A stretch of DNA of 64,000 nt from Laetmonice hystrix. Lineage: Eukaryota. Under the pieces are notes generated by a model that saw nothing but the letters and a program-made list of their open reading frames with translations, did not search any database and was not told the DNA's origin. Of the stretch, positions 1-10,471 are shown in pieces; positions within the stretch are counted from its first letter, which is position 1, and each line of letters starts with the position of its first letter. Made by a program: the position numbers and the translations under genes. The stretch lies in NCBI GenBank assembly GCA_965235115.1, contig OZ249443.1, positions 4,712,001 through 4,776,000 of the forward strand. The letters run 5' to 3'.

Positions 1-54
1 ATGCTGAGCTTGTAGTGTGTCAATGAAAATTGGGGCGCTATCCACAAGTCCAAG
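1..54 (+). CDS. SELENOF: Selenoprotein F (Sep15), penultimate coding exon (5'-truncated by the window), containing the Sec codon TGA at 24-26
   Basis: Frame starting at 3 reads AELVVCQ-TGA-KLGRYPQVQ, matching Sep15 (human ..ILEVCGUKLGRFPQVQAFV..). GT donor at 55-56, phase 1. Confidence 0.93.
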
Positions 55-249
55 GTACAATTATGTATTATTGGAAAAAAATATTCTGTAATGTAAATAA
101 AAATATAGAACATAGATTGGATATATGATAATCTTTGTAAGATAGTTAAAAATAAAGTGTTGATCTAATGATCTTAAAATAGTAGTATCAGCATTGTAAA
201 CAGGATTGCCTATTATGCTTTTAGCATGTTTTTTACATTCTTTTTTTAG

Positions 250-425
250 CCTTTGTCAAGAGTGATAGGTTGGCCCAGTTCCCAGGACTGACCGTCCGCT
301 ACCAGCGTGGTGCAGACCCAGTTATCAAACTGTTGGACAGCCAGCGTAAAGTGGTGGAAACACTTGCCATTGACAAATGGAACACAGACTCTGTGGAGGA
401 GTTCTTCAATGAACGTCTGCGCTAA
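250..425 (+). CDS. SELENOF: Selenoprotein F (Sep15), last coding exon
   Basis: tttttttag acceptor (AG 248-249), phase 1. Reads AFVKSDRLAQFPGLTVRYQRGADPVIKLLDSQRKVVETLAIDKWNTDSVEEFFNERLR*, against human AFVRSDKPKLFRGLQIKYVRGSDPVLKLLDDNGNIAEELSILKWNTDSVEEFLSEKLERI. TAA at 423-425. Confidence 0.95.
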
Positions 426-895
426 AGACACTTACTTTACCCCCTGTCACTGAACGACTATGGTTGTGATACTGTAAACTTCACAATTCCATGCATGATT
501 GAAATGTGACAGCAAACAGTTTTAGGTCAGGCAGCATGTTGGTGAGAAAATTATAACTAAGTTTTGGAGTCAGAACCACTTAGTGTGTTCAGTTTGTAGC
601 CATGCTATGGACTATAACACTAAACAGAGGCTTTAAACATTTAAGGGTGTGAATCAGAAAGATTGAAATGGCCTAATTCTAAGATTGAGTGAAAGAATAT
701 CATCATCGACAAGTGTCTTGTGGCAGGGAGGTAACCCGAGCTCTAGTTAATACAACTCAGACAGGTTTATTGTTGCCAAATGGTTCATCAGTAGTGCTAT
801 GTAAGATCAGCCATGCCTTCTTACAGCCCTACATCATGGCTTTGTAGCATTTCTTGTACACTACTGCTGCCTATTTGACATCAGAATATACCACT

Positions 896-969
896 GTCAG
901 GAGACACTTGAATGAAGTCCTTACGTTAAACCGGAAGGTATGTATGGTCGGAGAATAGTGTTTTCTGAC
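896..969 (+). promoter_or_regulatory. SECIS element (eukaryotic type 2) in the SELENOF 3'UTR
   Basis: Helix I gtcaggagacact (896-908) pairs with agtgttttctgac (957-969). Core ATGA 912-915 faces GA 951-952. Helix II is 917-926/940-949. Unpaired AA at 928-929, then mini-hairpin ACC-GGAA-GGT (930-939). Folded by hand. Confidence 0.85.
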
Positions 970-1045
970 TTTGTATTGGTGGAGCAGGGCATATTTCATC
1001 ATCACATGTCATTTATTGTAAAGAGATGGCTGAGATTCATCAGGA

Positions 1046-1051
1046 AATAAA
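1046..1051 (+). terminator. Candidate polyadenylation signal (AATAAA) of SELENOF
   Basis: First AATAAA downstream of the SECIS. Confidence 0.5.
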
Positions 1052-1510
1052 CAAACATATTTATGATTTTGCGACGTTCCTTTTGTTTAATTTGGGAGAA
1101 GATATGCTTACTTAGACCAAATAATTTGATAACTAAATCGTGAAAAATATTTGTCCTAAATACCAACAGACGCTTACAACTGATAACATTTCCTATTGAC
1201 CTATGGATCTATTGACTCGGTTAGGGATGTGGTTTTCTGAGAGCTGGGTTTCTCCATAAACTGCCAACTCGCAAGGCATTGCAAAAACCCAGTGGAGTGT
1301 CTTATGGTCTCGACAGGTGGCAGCAGCAGCGTTGGTCCGCTGGACTCGCTCTGTTTGCGGACCCAAGCCACGTGGTTCGGGCCACTCCGGGTGCAGAACC
1401 GGGAGGGGCTGTGTGTATTAAACTCATAAGGGGCGGACCATTTGATACAGGGGGGGGGGGGCTGTGTGTATTAAACTCATAAGGGGCGGACCATTTGATA
1501 CGGGGGCTCT

Positions 1511-2043
1511 CCATCGTGCCTGCCAAACTCTATGGCCATGATTGATCTGCCGACATCTCGGCTGACGATACTTGTATCTTATAACATAGCAGTGCATAGG
1601 CCTATTGGTTGGAGAGAGTACATCTTCCGTACTTCACATTTGGGATTAAATTTTGCCAGACGAATAAAGGGATATAGGCCTACAAAGATCTGAGATCAAC
1701 AAATATGACCTCTCAAGGCGCCCTCTATCGTGGAGTTGCCACCTAGCGGCACATAGTTGACACACAGCTGGCTGTCGATGGACTGACGGGAGGCCTTTTA
1801 TCCGAAGGATACGAATACATGTAGATACAATAACGAATAGCCTTACTAGTAGAATCATGTAACAACAGAAATTGAGAGAGGGAGATAGGGGATGGAAGAA
1901 GGAAGAAAAGAAAGGGTCGGATTGTTGGACTCCATAGTGCCTGCCGGACTCTACAGCCATGTTGGAACTGCCGACATCTAGGCTGACGATACTTGTATCT
2001 TATAACATAGCAGTGCATAGGCTAGGCCTATTGGTTGGAGAGA
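1511..2043. repeat. Dispersed ~110-bp duplication (1511-1617 and ~1932-2043); a further ~50-bp tandem duplicate lies at ~1404-1504
   Basis: Shared sequence ctgccgacatct.ggctgacgatacttgtatcttataacatagcagtgcatagg...cctattggttggagaga. Confidence 0.8.
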
Positions 2044-2949
2044 CCAGAGATATTCAAATATGTGTCCATAGCAAACAAGACATAGCTCATGGACATGGTT
2101 ACGATCCTCAACCCTACCTTGTAGGCCTACCATCAGGTTGATAAAAAGCTTACACCCTTTAAGAACGAGTCTAACCATGAATGGCGTATTTCAAACAACT
2201 TTTTTTATTTTGAAATCTCGTGTGGACAGTGTTCCTTATCTAAGACAATGCATGTGCTACATACGATGTCACACCTTGTTACGGAGACTGTCACATGCCT
2301 ACATGTACTTTGTCTACAAAATACAGCGAGATTCTAGTTCATTTTGTGTGTGTCGAAATAAAATATCTCCAAGAAGCTCCCACGGTGATCGGATTCTGCT
2401 TACATGATACATCTGTAGAAGTTCTATCCCGTTCACATCACATTTAGAAAATAGCTTTCTGGTACCACAGATCAAACATCGAACCTCTCATCTTAGTTCA
2501 TCATAGCACTGCGACCAAATGGTTACCTTGGTATTAACGGGGGGAATATCCCCCACACCAATTCCCACCCCCTTTTCAAACAGTAACACCCCCTCAAAAA
2601 AAAAAAAAAAAAATCTGACCCCATTATGATATATCCTTTTGCCATCGTTCTATCATTTTTAACTAGTTTCAAAATATACAGTGTAGCATTGAGCTTACCT
2701 GAAGTGATAACTGTTGTCAGATAAACTTTCCTCTGGCTCGCACTTTAGATTTAAGGACAAATTCCTTTGGACATTTGGTAATCTTAGTCTCCCCTTCCAT
2801 GTATCCCCGACTGAATGTCTTATCGCCAAGATTGGATTAAAAAACAATTATAGAAACAAATGTGCCCTTGAACATAACTGAATTAGCCATGGTTAAAAAG
2901 ACACTCAAAAAAAAAAAAATTAAAAATTATAATAACAACACTTATTTTT

Positions 2950-3850
2950 CACATGTCTAAAATTCCTACACCGTTTCTGAATAAGTAAACTTTCAAAAGA
3001 ATAGTTTGGGGAATGTTTTTCGCCGACAAGTTGCCAGCATTCTCTTCTTATGAATCTAGCTTGTCATACAGGGAATACATTTATCATACATTTTGGTCAT
3101 AACTGCAGTAAAATAGCTTCCATACTTATATCAGGGGAAAAACAAGCAAGCTTTCCTTCCTTGGCAAAGCAACCGTCATTGCCTCAATCAACCATGTTAA
3201 TAATACGAATGGTTGAGAGGTCTTTGAATAATTCTGTTTTAGTAGCTTTAACCATTTTATTTATATCCGAAATGGTTAAGGACGCCCAATGTTTCACCGG
3301 TAAGAAAGATACAGGAATTCCAACAACGCAATTAGTTTCAGCACAATCCATAGCTTTGTTGTCAACCAAGTTACTGTCAATTTCTACACTGATGACGAAT
3401 GTTTTGTATAGATCTGTCCACAGGACTGGAAACCTTTCCCGTTTTTCCAAAACAACAACAAAAAAGGTTGTCGCTATTTTTTGGTCAACGATTGACAAGA
3501 CAATGCTGCACGGCGTTCCGTTTCTACATCCTGGTCCTCGGAACATCATGTGACCAACGGTCTCAATCCTGATTGGTTCAAATTTTATACAATCTCATCG
3601 CTGGTAACATAATAATTAAATCCTCCCTTCAAGATTCCATACATGGTATCAAAACTTGTCCTACAAGCAAATAATACGAGTACCACAATCACAAAATCAA
3701 AACTGGCAAAAAGCAATTGATGTGTTACGCGATACACTTACATTTACCTGGACCTAACTCAAATATAAACAAGTCTCAACATCGGGTATATTCCAGCTTC
3801 TTTTCAACATTGTTATTAATTCTCTGGAATCAAATTCTGCATTTTAAAAA
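2950..3850. pseudogene. Degenerate coding-like block, possibly a LINE/RT remnant
   Basis: In-register ORFs on both strands (3050-3553 +, 3184-3549 -). Scattered RT-like fragments in other + frames (FYTDD, QDNAARR, SFF....ILWNQI). No intact domain. Confidence 0.25.
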
Positions 3851-4790
3851 AAAAAAAAAATTATGGAAAAATTCATGAATAAGACACCTCCAAATTTTCT
3901 CAATGGTCAATACATTGTACCACATCCTAATTCTACAGGAAGCGGAAATCTCCTTGCCAATCTGCACCAGTTGTCAGCCTTAACGTTCTGCATGTTCCAC
4001 AGGCCATATATAGTTACAGACACTTTCAGACATGTCTGATGGTGAAATTGGTTGGCCATGCTTCTCATAACTTAGCCCACTGCTGCTAGTCAAAAGGTGG
4101 CCAAACTAACTTGACATCAATTTATCTGAATGGCTTTTTACCTAATACAACGACTGATCAAAGGCCTTGTTACTGCTATGTTGTAACGTTGTTATATGCA
4201 CTTAGCATTGCCAATAAATGTATACAATTTCGTTTTTTCAGTCGCTTGCATTGGATTCTGATTTAAATGCATTTCACCATTTGACTGGACTTGTTATTTG
4301 ATTGTACCTTAGTTTTATTTTATTAATTTGGCAAACATCTGTGCACAACTTACTAAAGTCCAGAAAATGCAGTGGTGTGGTTATATAAGCGAGTCCATAG
4401 AAACGAATCGAACAGGTGAATATTTTACTCGACAACCCCGGTACAGGAGAGGCCTTGACTGGTGGAAGCTGACTAGAACTTTCTACAATACAGTTAAGCA
4501 AGCCTTTTAGTTCAGGTATGTCTGCCCAGCCGAGTGCGTTACCTGCAATTTGGACGTCAAATTTAACTGGTCAGTTTCTCTCAGTAACTTTTGCTTGCAG
4601 AACCCGCGGCAAAGCACTATACGTGTAGTGTAGAGAGCCTGCACACTGGCTGTGATAGCACTCAGTATCAGCCGGGTGTCAAGGGTGACATTCTATGTAA
4701 AACTTTCCCCATACAATTCCATCGAGGCAAGATTTGTCACATGGTTGACCTACATCACAGAGCATCAATGTAGCTGAAAATCTCACCAGG

Positions 4791-4796
4791 TTTATT
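4791..4796 (-). terminator. Candidate polyadenylation signal of the Kelch gene
   Basis: AATAAA on the minus strand ~1.1 kb after the stop codon. Confidence 0.4.
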
Positions 4797-5876
4797 GAAA
4801 AATTCGCCGCCGATATTTGCATGACATTTACTGTCTGGCTGAATATTTCAATATTTCAGTTTTTCTCGTGCTGCAGTATAATACAGCTCTCACTAACCCC
4901 TACATCCTTGTGGAACCCCAATGTTGTTATCCTGCAGATTACAGACATCTCATAGATGTAAACCCTGATACTGGCCAGATAGATTATCACATGGAAACAC
5001 CAAATACACACTTTTCTTGACCTCAGCTTCTGGAAAACCTCACATTGAAGAAATCACCAAAAACCTACAATTTTCACAACACTTTCCCTGACGAAGTGGA
5101 GAGGCATATAAACCCACTATGCTTGTGCAATTGTTTTTGTGCTGCATTAATTCTCAGTCCTATTGATATTATCACAATTATGGCAGCATGTACCAGAATG
5201 CATTAGCTGTAGCAATTACAGCACGACAACGGAAACACACATACATATACCTTAACCAAGATGGACAAAAACAAAACAGAACAAAAAGAAGAAAGTTCAT
5301 GAATATAAGTCTATTATACACATATGTCTGTTAGTGTTTACAAGGACAGACAGCACTTTGGACTTGTTCCAATCTAGTCTATAGATATTACTGCTAATGA
5401 TATAATAATCCCACATGTGGGCTCTGAGGCTCCATACCTCGACAGTTGTCACTCGTGTAGTATTGCTGCTCGATGTAGCAGTTTCCCTTTATCTCGCCAT
5501 CAAGGACACCATGTTTTCACACGGTCATAATTCAAACAAGTATTATGTTTGTTTGTTTTACCTGACAAGTTATCTCTTGGTCACTGTACGCAATCTCCAT
5601 TGTCCCAATGTCTTCTTGTGATATTCCATTCATGTTAAGACCTTGTCGTTGGTCCCCTGTGGCCTGATCCCCTTTCAATCAGTGGGCCACATAGAAATGT
5701 CTGGTATTAGCAAACTGACAGGCCTTTTTGATGTAGACGGTGGAGAAGTGGGCAATGATCTGGGTGCTGTCTTATCTGTATGGTCCGACCAAGTCAACCA
5801 TCTTAATACATACATTTTCCCCACAAGGCAATGATTCTTTTTGGGCAACAAAAATGATTGTTGCCATGGCAATCTT

Positions 5877-6130
5877 TTACCTGCCATCTACTGGCAGAAA
5901 ACTGCACCACTCTTGGCCTGCTTCATTCAAATATTCGATTGTCTCAAGGAAAGCCTTGCCGCTGAATCCACCGACTGCAAACAGTCGGTTGTTGATGACA
6001 ACCACACCAACATTGGCACGGGGGACGCTCATCGTCGAGCCGATACTCCATGACTGAGTGTCGGGGTCATACACCTCAACTGTGGCTAGGGCTGTTGTAC
6101 CATCACTACCGCCGACCACGTACAGCTTGC
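5877..6130 (-). CDS. IVNS1ABP: IVNS1ABP-like BTB-Kelch protein, last coding exon (kelch 5-6)
   Basis: ttttttttcag acceptor, phase 1. GKLYVVGGSDGTTALATVEVYDPDTQSWSIGSTMSVPRANVGVVVINNRLFAVGGFSGKAFLETIEYLNEAGQEWCSFLPVDGR*. Confidence 0.95.
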
Positions 6131-6460
6131 CTGAAAAAAAACTTACTTACTTTAAACATAGTCATTTACCCAAAATTTCATTTTTGAGGACTATACAGAA
6201 AATTTTGTAAAAGACTTAGGAAGATTTTTATATCATTACATGCTTTCTTTTGATGCTTCATGAAAAAATATACCAAATCGATCCTTATTCATTACATATG
6301 AATAACAGCACACTAACACACGTCAAAAATAGGTGTACATTATGGCACTTTCACGTCAGCCTTGCCATTTACAATTACAAAAGGATTTTTTTTGGTTCCA
6401 TTAAAAAAATAAAATAAAACCGTGAAATTCTGGAAACAAAATCTCATGTCTCATTTTTAC

Positions 6461-6634
6461 CTTTGAAGACGGCTACTCCTGCTCCGCGGCGACAGCTGGC
6501 CATGGATGTAAGGTATCGCCACCTGTTAGTGACGGGATCGTACTCCTCGACAGTGTTAATACAATTCCAGGCGTCACAACCCCCAACAACAATAAGTTTG
6601 CCGTTTATACCACACACACCTGCCTGAGAACGAC
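6461..6634 (-). CDS. IVNS1ABP: IVNS1ABP-like, kelch 4-5 exon
   Basis: [58 protein letters not shown], against human [42 protein letters not shown]/GT, phase 1/1. Confidence 0.95.
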
Positions 6635-6961
6635 CTGTCAATCAAAGGGAACAGTCGTTACGTTATGGTACATACAACAAATATTTACAGACAAAGTCAT
6701 ATGATAAAAGTTGGAAAATACCTCAAATTATTTGAATATGCATTAACTGTGCTAACCATGCACCCAGCTGACAGAAAATTTCCTGACATGTGACTGTCTG
6801 AAGTTGCCGAGTTCAGATATCTTTTTACATCATTTCCTTGAATCTCTCATTCTGCAGTATTTCTATCACCCGTACATGCCCTGAACAGGTTACCAGGATT
6901 ACATTCACATTACATACACAGCCACTGCCTATATCGGCACTTATTCCCCTTGGTCACCTAC

Positions 6962-7093
6962 CTGTATTAAGTCTGGCGATGGCTTTCCATTTTGGATTAG
7001 GCTGACTGGGGTCAAACACCTCACAGTCCGCGAGCCCGCTCTGTCCGCTCCAACCACCGATCACATAGACTTTACCGTTCAGTGTGGCCACAC
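6962..7093 (-). CDS. IVNS1ABP: IVNS1ABP-like, kelch 3 exon
   Basis: GVATLNGKVYVIGGWSGQSGLADCEVFDPSQPNPKWKAIARLNT. AG/GT, phase 1/1. Confidence 0.93.
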
Positions 7094-7330
7094 CTACAGT
7101 AACATTGACAAAGGGGTCCTTTTGAAAAAGGCTGTCCGATATAGGAGTCAATTAAAAACTATGTAGGGCAGACCATAAGTGTGCAGCATATTAAAGATAA
7201 GAATTTCTGAAATAATAACGTTTACCAGCATCTAGTATATAAACATGTTACTCAGATTTCAAAGATATCACAATAATTTATTATACACTTTGTTATACAT
7301 TGTTTACAATAATTACACAACACACTGTAC

Positions 7331-7576
7331 CTGCACTCGAGCGTGTCTTCCTCATGTCAGGTAGAGCGTCCCACTTTCCAACCGCTGGGTCGTAGTATTC
7401 TGCTGTGTGGAGTTCAGCCGAGCCATTCGACCCACCACAAGCAAACAACTTGCCATCAATCTGTGTGACGTCGAACCTTCCTCTTGGCACCAACATTGGC
7501 ACCACTGGGGTCCACACGTTCTTGGCAATGTCATACGATTCGACTGTGCTGAGGCATTCCCCACGGTCATAGCCAC
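7331..7576 (-). CDS. IVNS1ABP: IVNS1ABP-like, kelch 1-2 exon
   Basis: GGYDRGECLSTVESYDIAKNVWTPVVPMLVPRGRFDVTQIDGKLFACGGSNGSAELHTAEYYDPAVGKWDALPDMRKTRSSA, against human GGYNREECLRTVECY..PMRTPRARF. Phase 1/1. Confidence 0.95.
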
Positions 7577-7749
7577 CTGATCATGTAAATGTTTTGGTCA
7601 CCTTCTGAGGACAACTGAGCAACATTACAGCACCTTGGAAATCTTAGGAAAATTTCCATTTCTCAACATTCTCATTTTCAGGAATCCCTTTTTTACAATC
7701 ACCAAAATCAGAATGAGTTCCAGGAAATCTCAAGAAGCTAGAGACTCAC

Positions 7750-7998
7750 CAAGAGCAAGTAGTTTACCATCCAAAGTGGCAGTGCCGACCCCGCAGCGTG
7801 CCGTACCCATGCGAGCGAGAGGCGTGAGTGAGCACTGTTTCTCACACAGTATCATTGAGCCATGAGGACTCTGTGAGGTAGGAGGCGAACCCTGTGGTGA
7901 TGATCCCACTGACTGGCTTGGTGTCGGCAGTGGTAGCAAGTTCAGTGACAACCTCGCCAAGCGATCACCCAGGAATGCCAGGCAGAGGCAGCCTTTGT
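7750..7998 (-). CDS. IVNS1ABP: IVNS1ABP-like, linker / kelch 1 exon
   Basis: DKGCLCLAFLGDRLARLSL...SSPQGSPPTS...PLARMGTARCGVGTATLDGKLLAL, against human YLCLAVLDG..SPQSSPTS..PMSPMQYARSGLGTAEMNGKLIAA. GTGAGT donor, phase 1/1. Confidence 0.92.
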
Positions 7999-8168
7999 CT
8001 GTCCACACAAAATAAACACTATATTTAACAGATTATCAGGCACCGACACCCTCCTGACTCATCATGAACACAATCACAATGAGGAAATAGGAGAAAAAAC
8101 AGTCAATTTAAAAGCCGGTAAAAATTGGATACTTTTCTGTTGCCGTGAGCCGCCAGCCTTGCACTTAC

Positions 8169-8307
8169 CTCCGACTAACTGCATGGAGACAAGTTTCCAC
8201 TCGAGGTCCGTGGACGGTTGAGTCTCCATAGGTAGGTGCATCCCCGATCCTTTCTTCTCCCAACCAGGCTGTTGTGTCTTGTATCTCTCTGGCTTCATGA
8301 CAGTGTT
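8169..8307 (-). CDS. IVNS1ABP: IVNS1ABP-like, linker exon
   Basis: NTVMKPERYKTQQPGWEKKGSGMHLPMETQPSTDLEWKLVSMQLVG (human EWKIVAS). ttgtaccttacag acceptor, GTAAGT donor, phase 0/1. Confidence 0.85.
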
Positions 8308-10370
8308 CTGTAAGGTACAAAGTTTACCATGGCAAACTTTTCATCCAGTTTCCAAACTACTGGGGGAAAAAAACCTGCAAACCCCTTCATCCAATCAAAA
8401 CGTATTTGCCTGTGGTGGATTCCTCCCCTCTAGCCAACCAATGTGTCTGTTTCATTTTTGTTTCTCTCGGTTTTGTCCTGTAGCCTATCAGGTCTCAGCT
8501 TTCATGCCATTTCTGTGAATGAGGTCAGATGATTTCAGGTTCTGGTCCAATGAAATTGGACTTTACATACAGACAATACATGCATCCAAACCAACTGGTT
8601 ACCGCGTCAATCTATGCTCACACAACACACTCATCTGGTGAAGGCGAGCACTCTTAGAATGGAAACATTTACTTGAGATTTCAGTCTGAAGATGCAAGTT
8701 CTTGCCAACGGCAAACAGTGGAGACATGATCTTGGAATAAGTTTGCAACATGGTGTAGCAATGTGTTTGAATGCATGTATAAGAAAAAGTCCAATATTAC
8801 AGTCTAAAGCCTGAAAAACACAAAAATGAAAGAGGACTTAAAACGTTTGTTACTGGACATAATACTTACCACCTTTCAAGGGAATCAATACCATCTTCGG
8901 TGAAATCAGCGCCACCTGCTGGCCATTGCCCACACCGCCCCAAGACAACCTTCTCCAAACAAGCCAATGGAACCCGCTAAGAAAGAGCCTATTTGGTGTT
9001 AGCTTAACTCATCACCAACATCAACGTGGCCCCTGCTCGGGCAATCACTACGGCATCATTCAACTGCAATCGGGATGCTTCCTCCGACACTGGACTTCGC
9101 ACATGGGAAACTCAGACAGGTGTCTACGGGGTCGTCTCTTCCTAAGTTTGTCACTAACAGATGTATGGAAATCAACTGTGAAGTGATCCTGACCTAGTAA
9201 TGCCATACAAAATGATCAGCTTCAACAATCTTTTCTTTGGGGGGGGTTCTTCTTTTGCCTTCTGCATAAAGCATAAACCTTAATGACAATAACACCGAAA
9301 ATACAGGGCACTAATAGTAGCAAAGTAGAATAAACTTCGGCCAGGAGTTCACTAGAAACGTCTGTAAAAGCAACTCGAAATAACAGCAGTGCTGTCTAAC
9401 ACTGGCTTCCTGGACTGATTTTAAAAAGGCAAGGACAGGAGGTGTTTTCCGGATTGCTCAAAGCTATGAGTTGAGACGTGCCCGAGTTTCCCATATCCTA
9501 CAAAATATGCCAATTGACCTCAGTAATTACTTTCTTTACCAACTGCAAATGCAAATCAACAACATGATGGACGATGGCAAACAGCGCAACGGAAACTTGA
9601 GTATTAAATGATCACTAACGAGCAAAACTATTATGGTTGTCAATGATAAATGCACAACACAAGCTCGCCCCGTGCTGCCTGCTTGCTGGCCAGAGGTCAC
9701 CAGTGGTTGTTAGGGACACTGAAAACTAGGGCGACTACTCGTCGTAATCAGGGAGAGTAACACTCCAGGCGGCCAAACAACCGTGCAGCCACCGAGTATA
9801 AAGTTCTCAGAATGCTCTTGGTTCTTGTGGCTGTAAAAATTCTTCTTCAAGTAGACCCAGGGAAGGGGGGCCGTGACTAACCCTCTTCTGTCGTACGCCG
9901 CTACCACAGCCGCTCCGCTATCACCCTCCGGGTCCAAGCACTTCCTCATGGAAGTGTCTTCACGGGACGCCTGCACCAAATGAAAAAAGGGGACGGTAGA
10001 TGAGTACACACAGCTATTGGATATCTCTCCTGTCACCTATACACACACAACATGACTACAACAAAATGAAGCAGGAGGTAGCTCTACAAGACAAGAGGTT
10101 TTTGTTCAGTATTTCTATTGTCTCCAGTTACCGGCCTGTCCAAGTCCTCACCTCGTGTGGCCTGGGTCTGGTAGTATGCTCCGTTACTGAAGCCGGAGGA
10201 ACAAGGACTCGGAACAAGTTCAGAACTGGAGCATTGCTGAAAAATTGGGGGAACTTTCTCAAGCTGTCCCAGAGTTTTATCTGCCTGGTAAATCTCTCTC
10301 CTGCTTCGTCTCCTGGGGTTTACAGTCAGGTGAAAAACCAGCTAAGGACCAGTCCACACTCAAACTGAAT

Positions 10371-10471
10371 CGGTGAATTCAATAAGGGCCCAACTCCATG
10401 GGACAAAGTTTTCTACAGGGCGAGTTCAAGAAAGGCCCAACTCCAGGAGTTGGGCCTTTCTTGAACTCACC
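10371..10471. repeat. Perfect 23-bp palindrome (10422-10468) plus a third related copy (10371-10396); likely rearranged transposon end
   Basis: gagttcaagaaaggcccaactcc-a-ggagttgggcctttcttgaactc. Confidence 0.8.

Noticed and set aside
246-431. 61-aa minus-strand ORF from the track
   Set aside because: It is the antisense shadow of the SELENOF last exon.
8906-9014. Box C (GTGATGA) / box D (CTGA) pair on the minus strand suggesting an intronic snoRNA
   Set aside because: No terminal stem and no recognisable rRNA-complementary guide.
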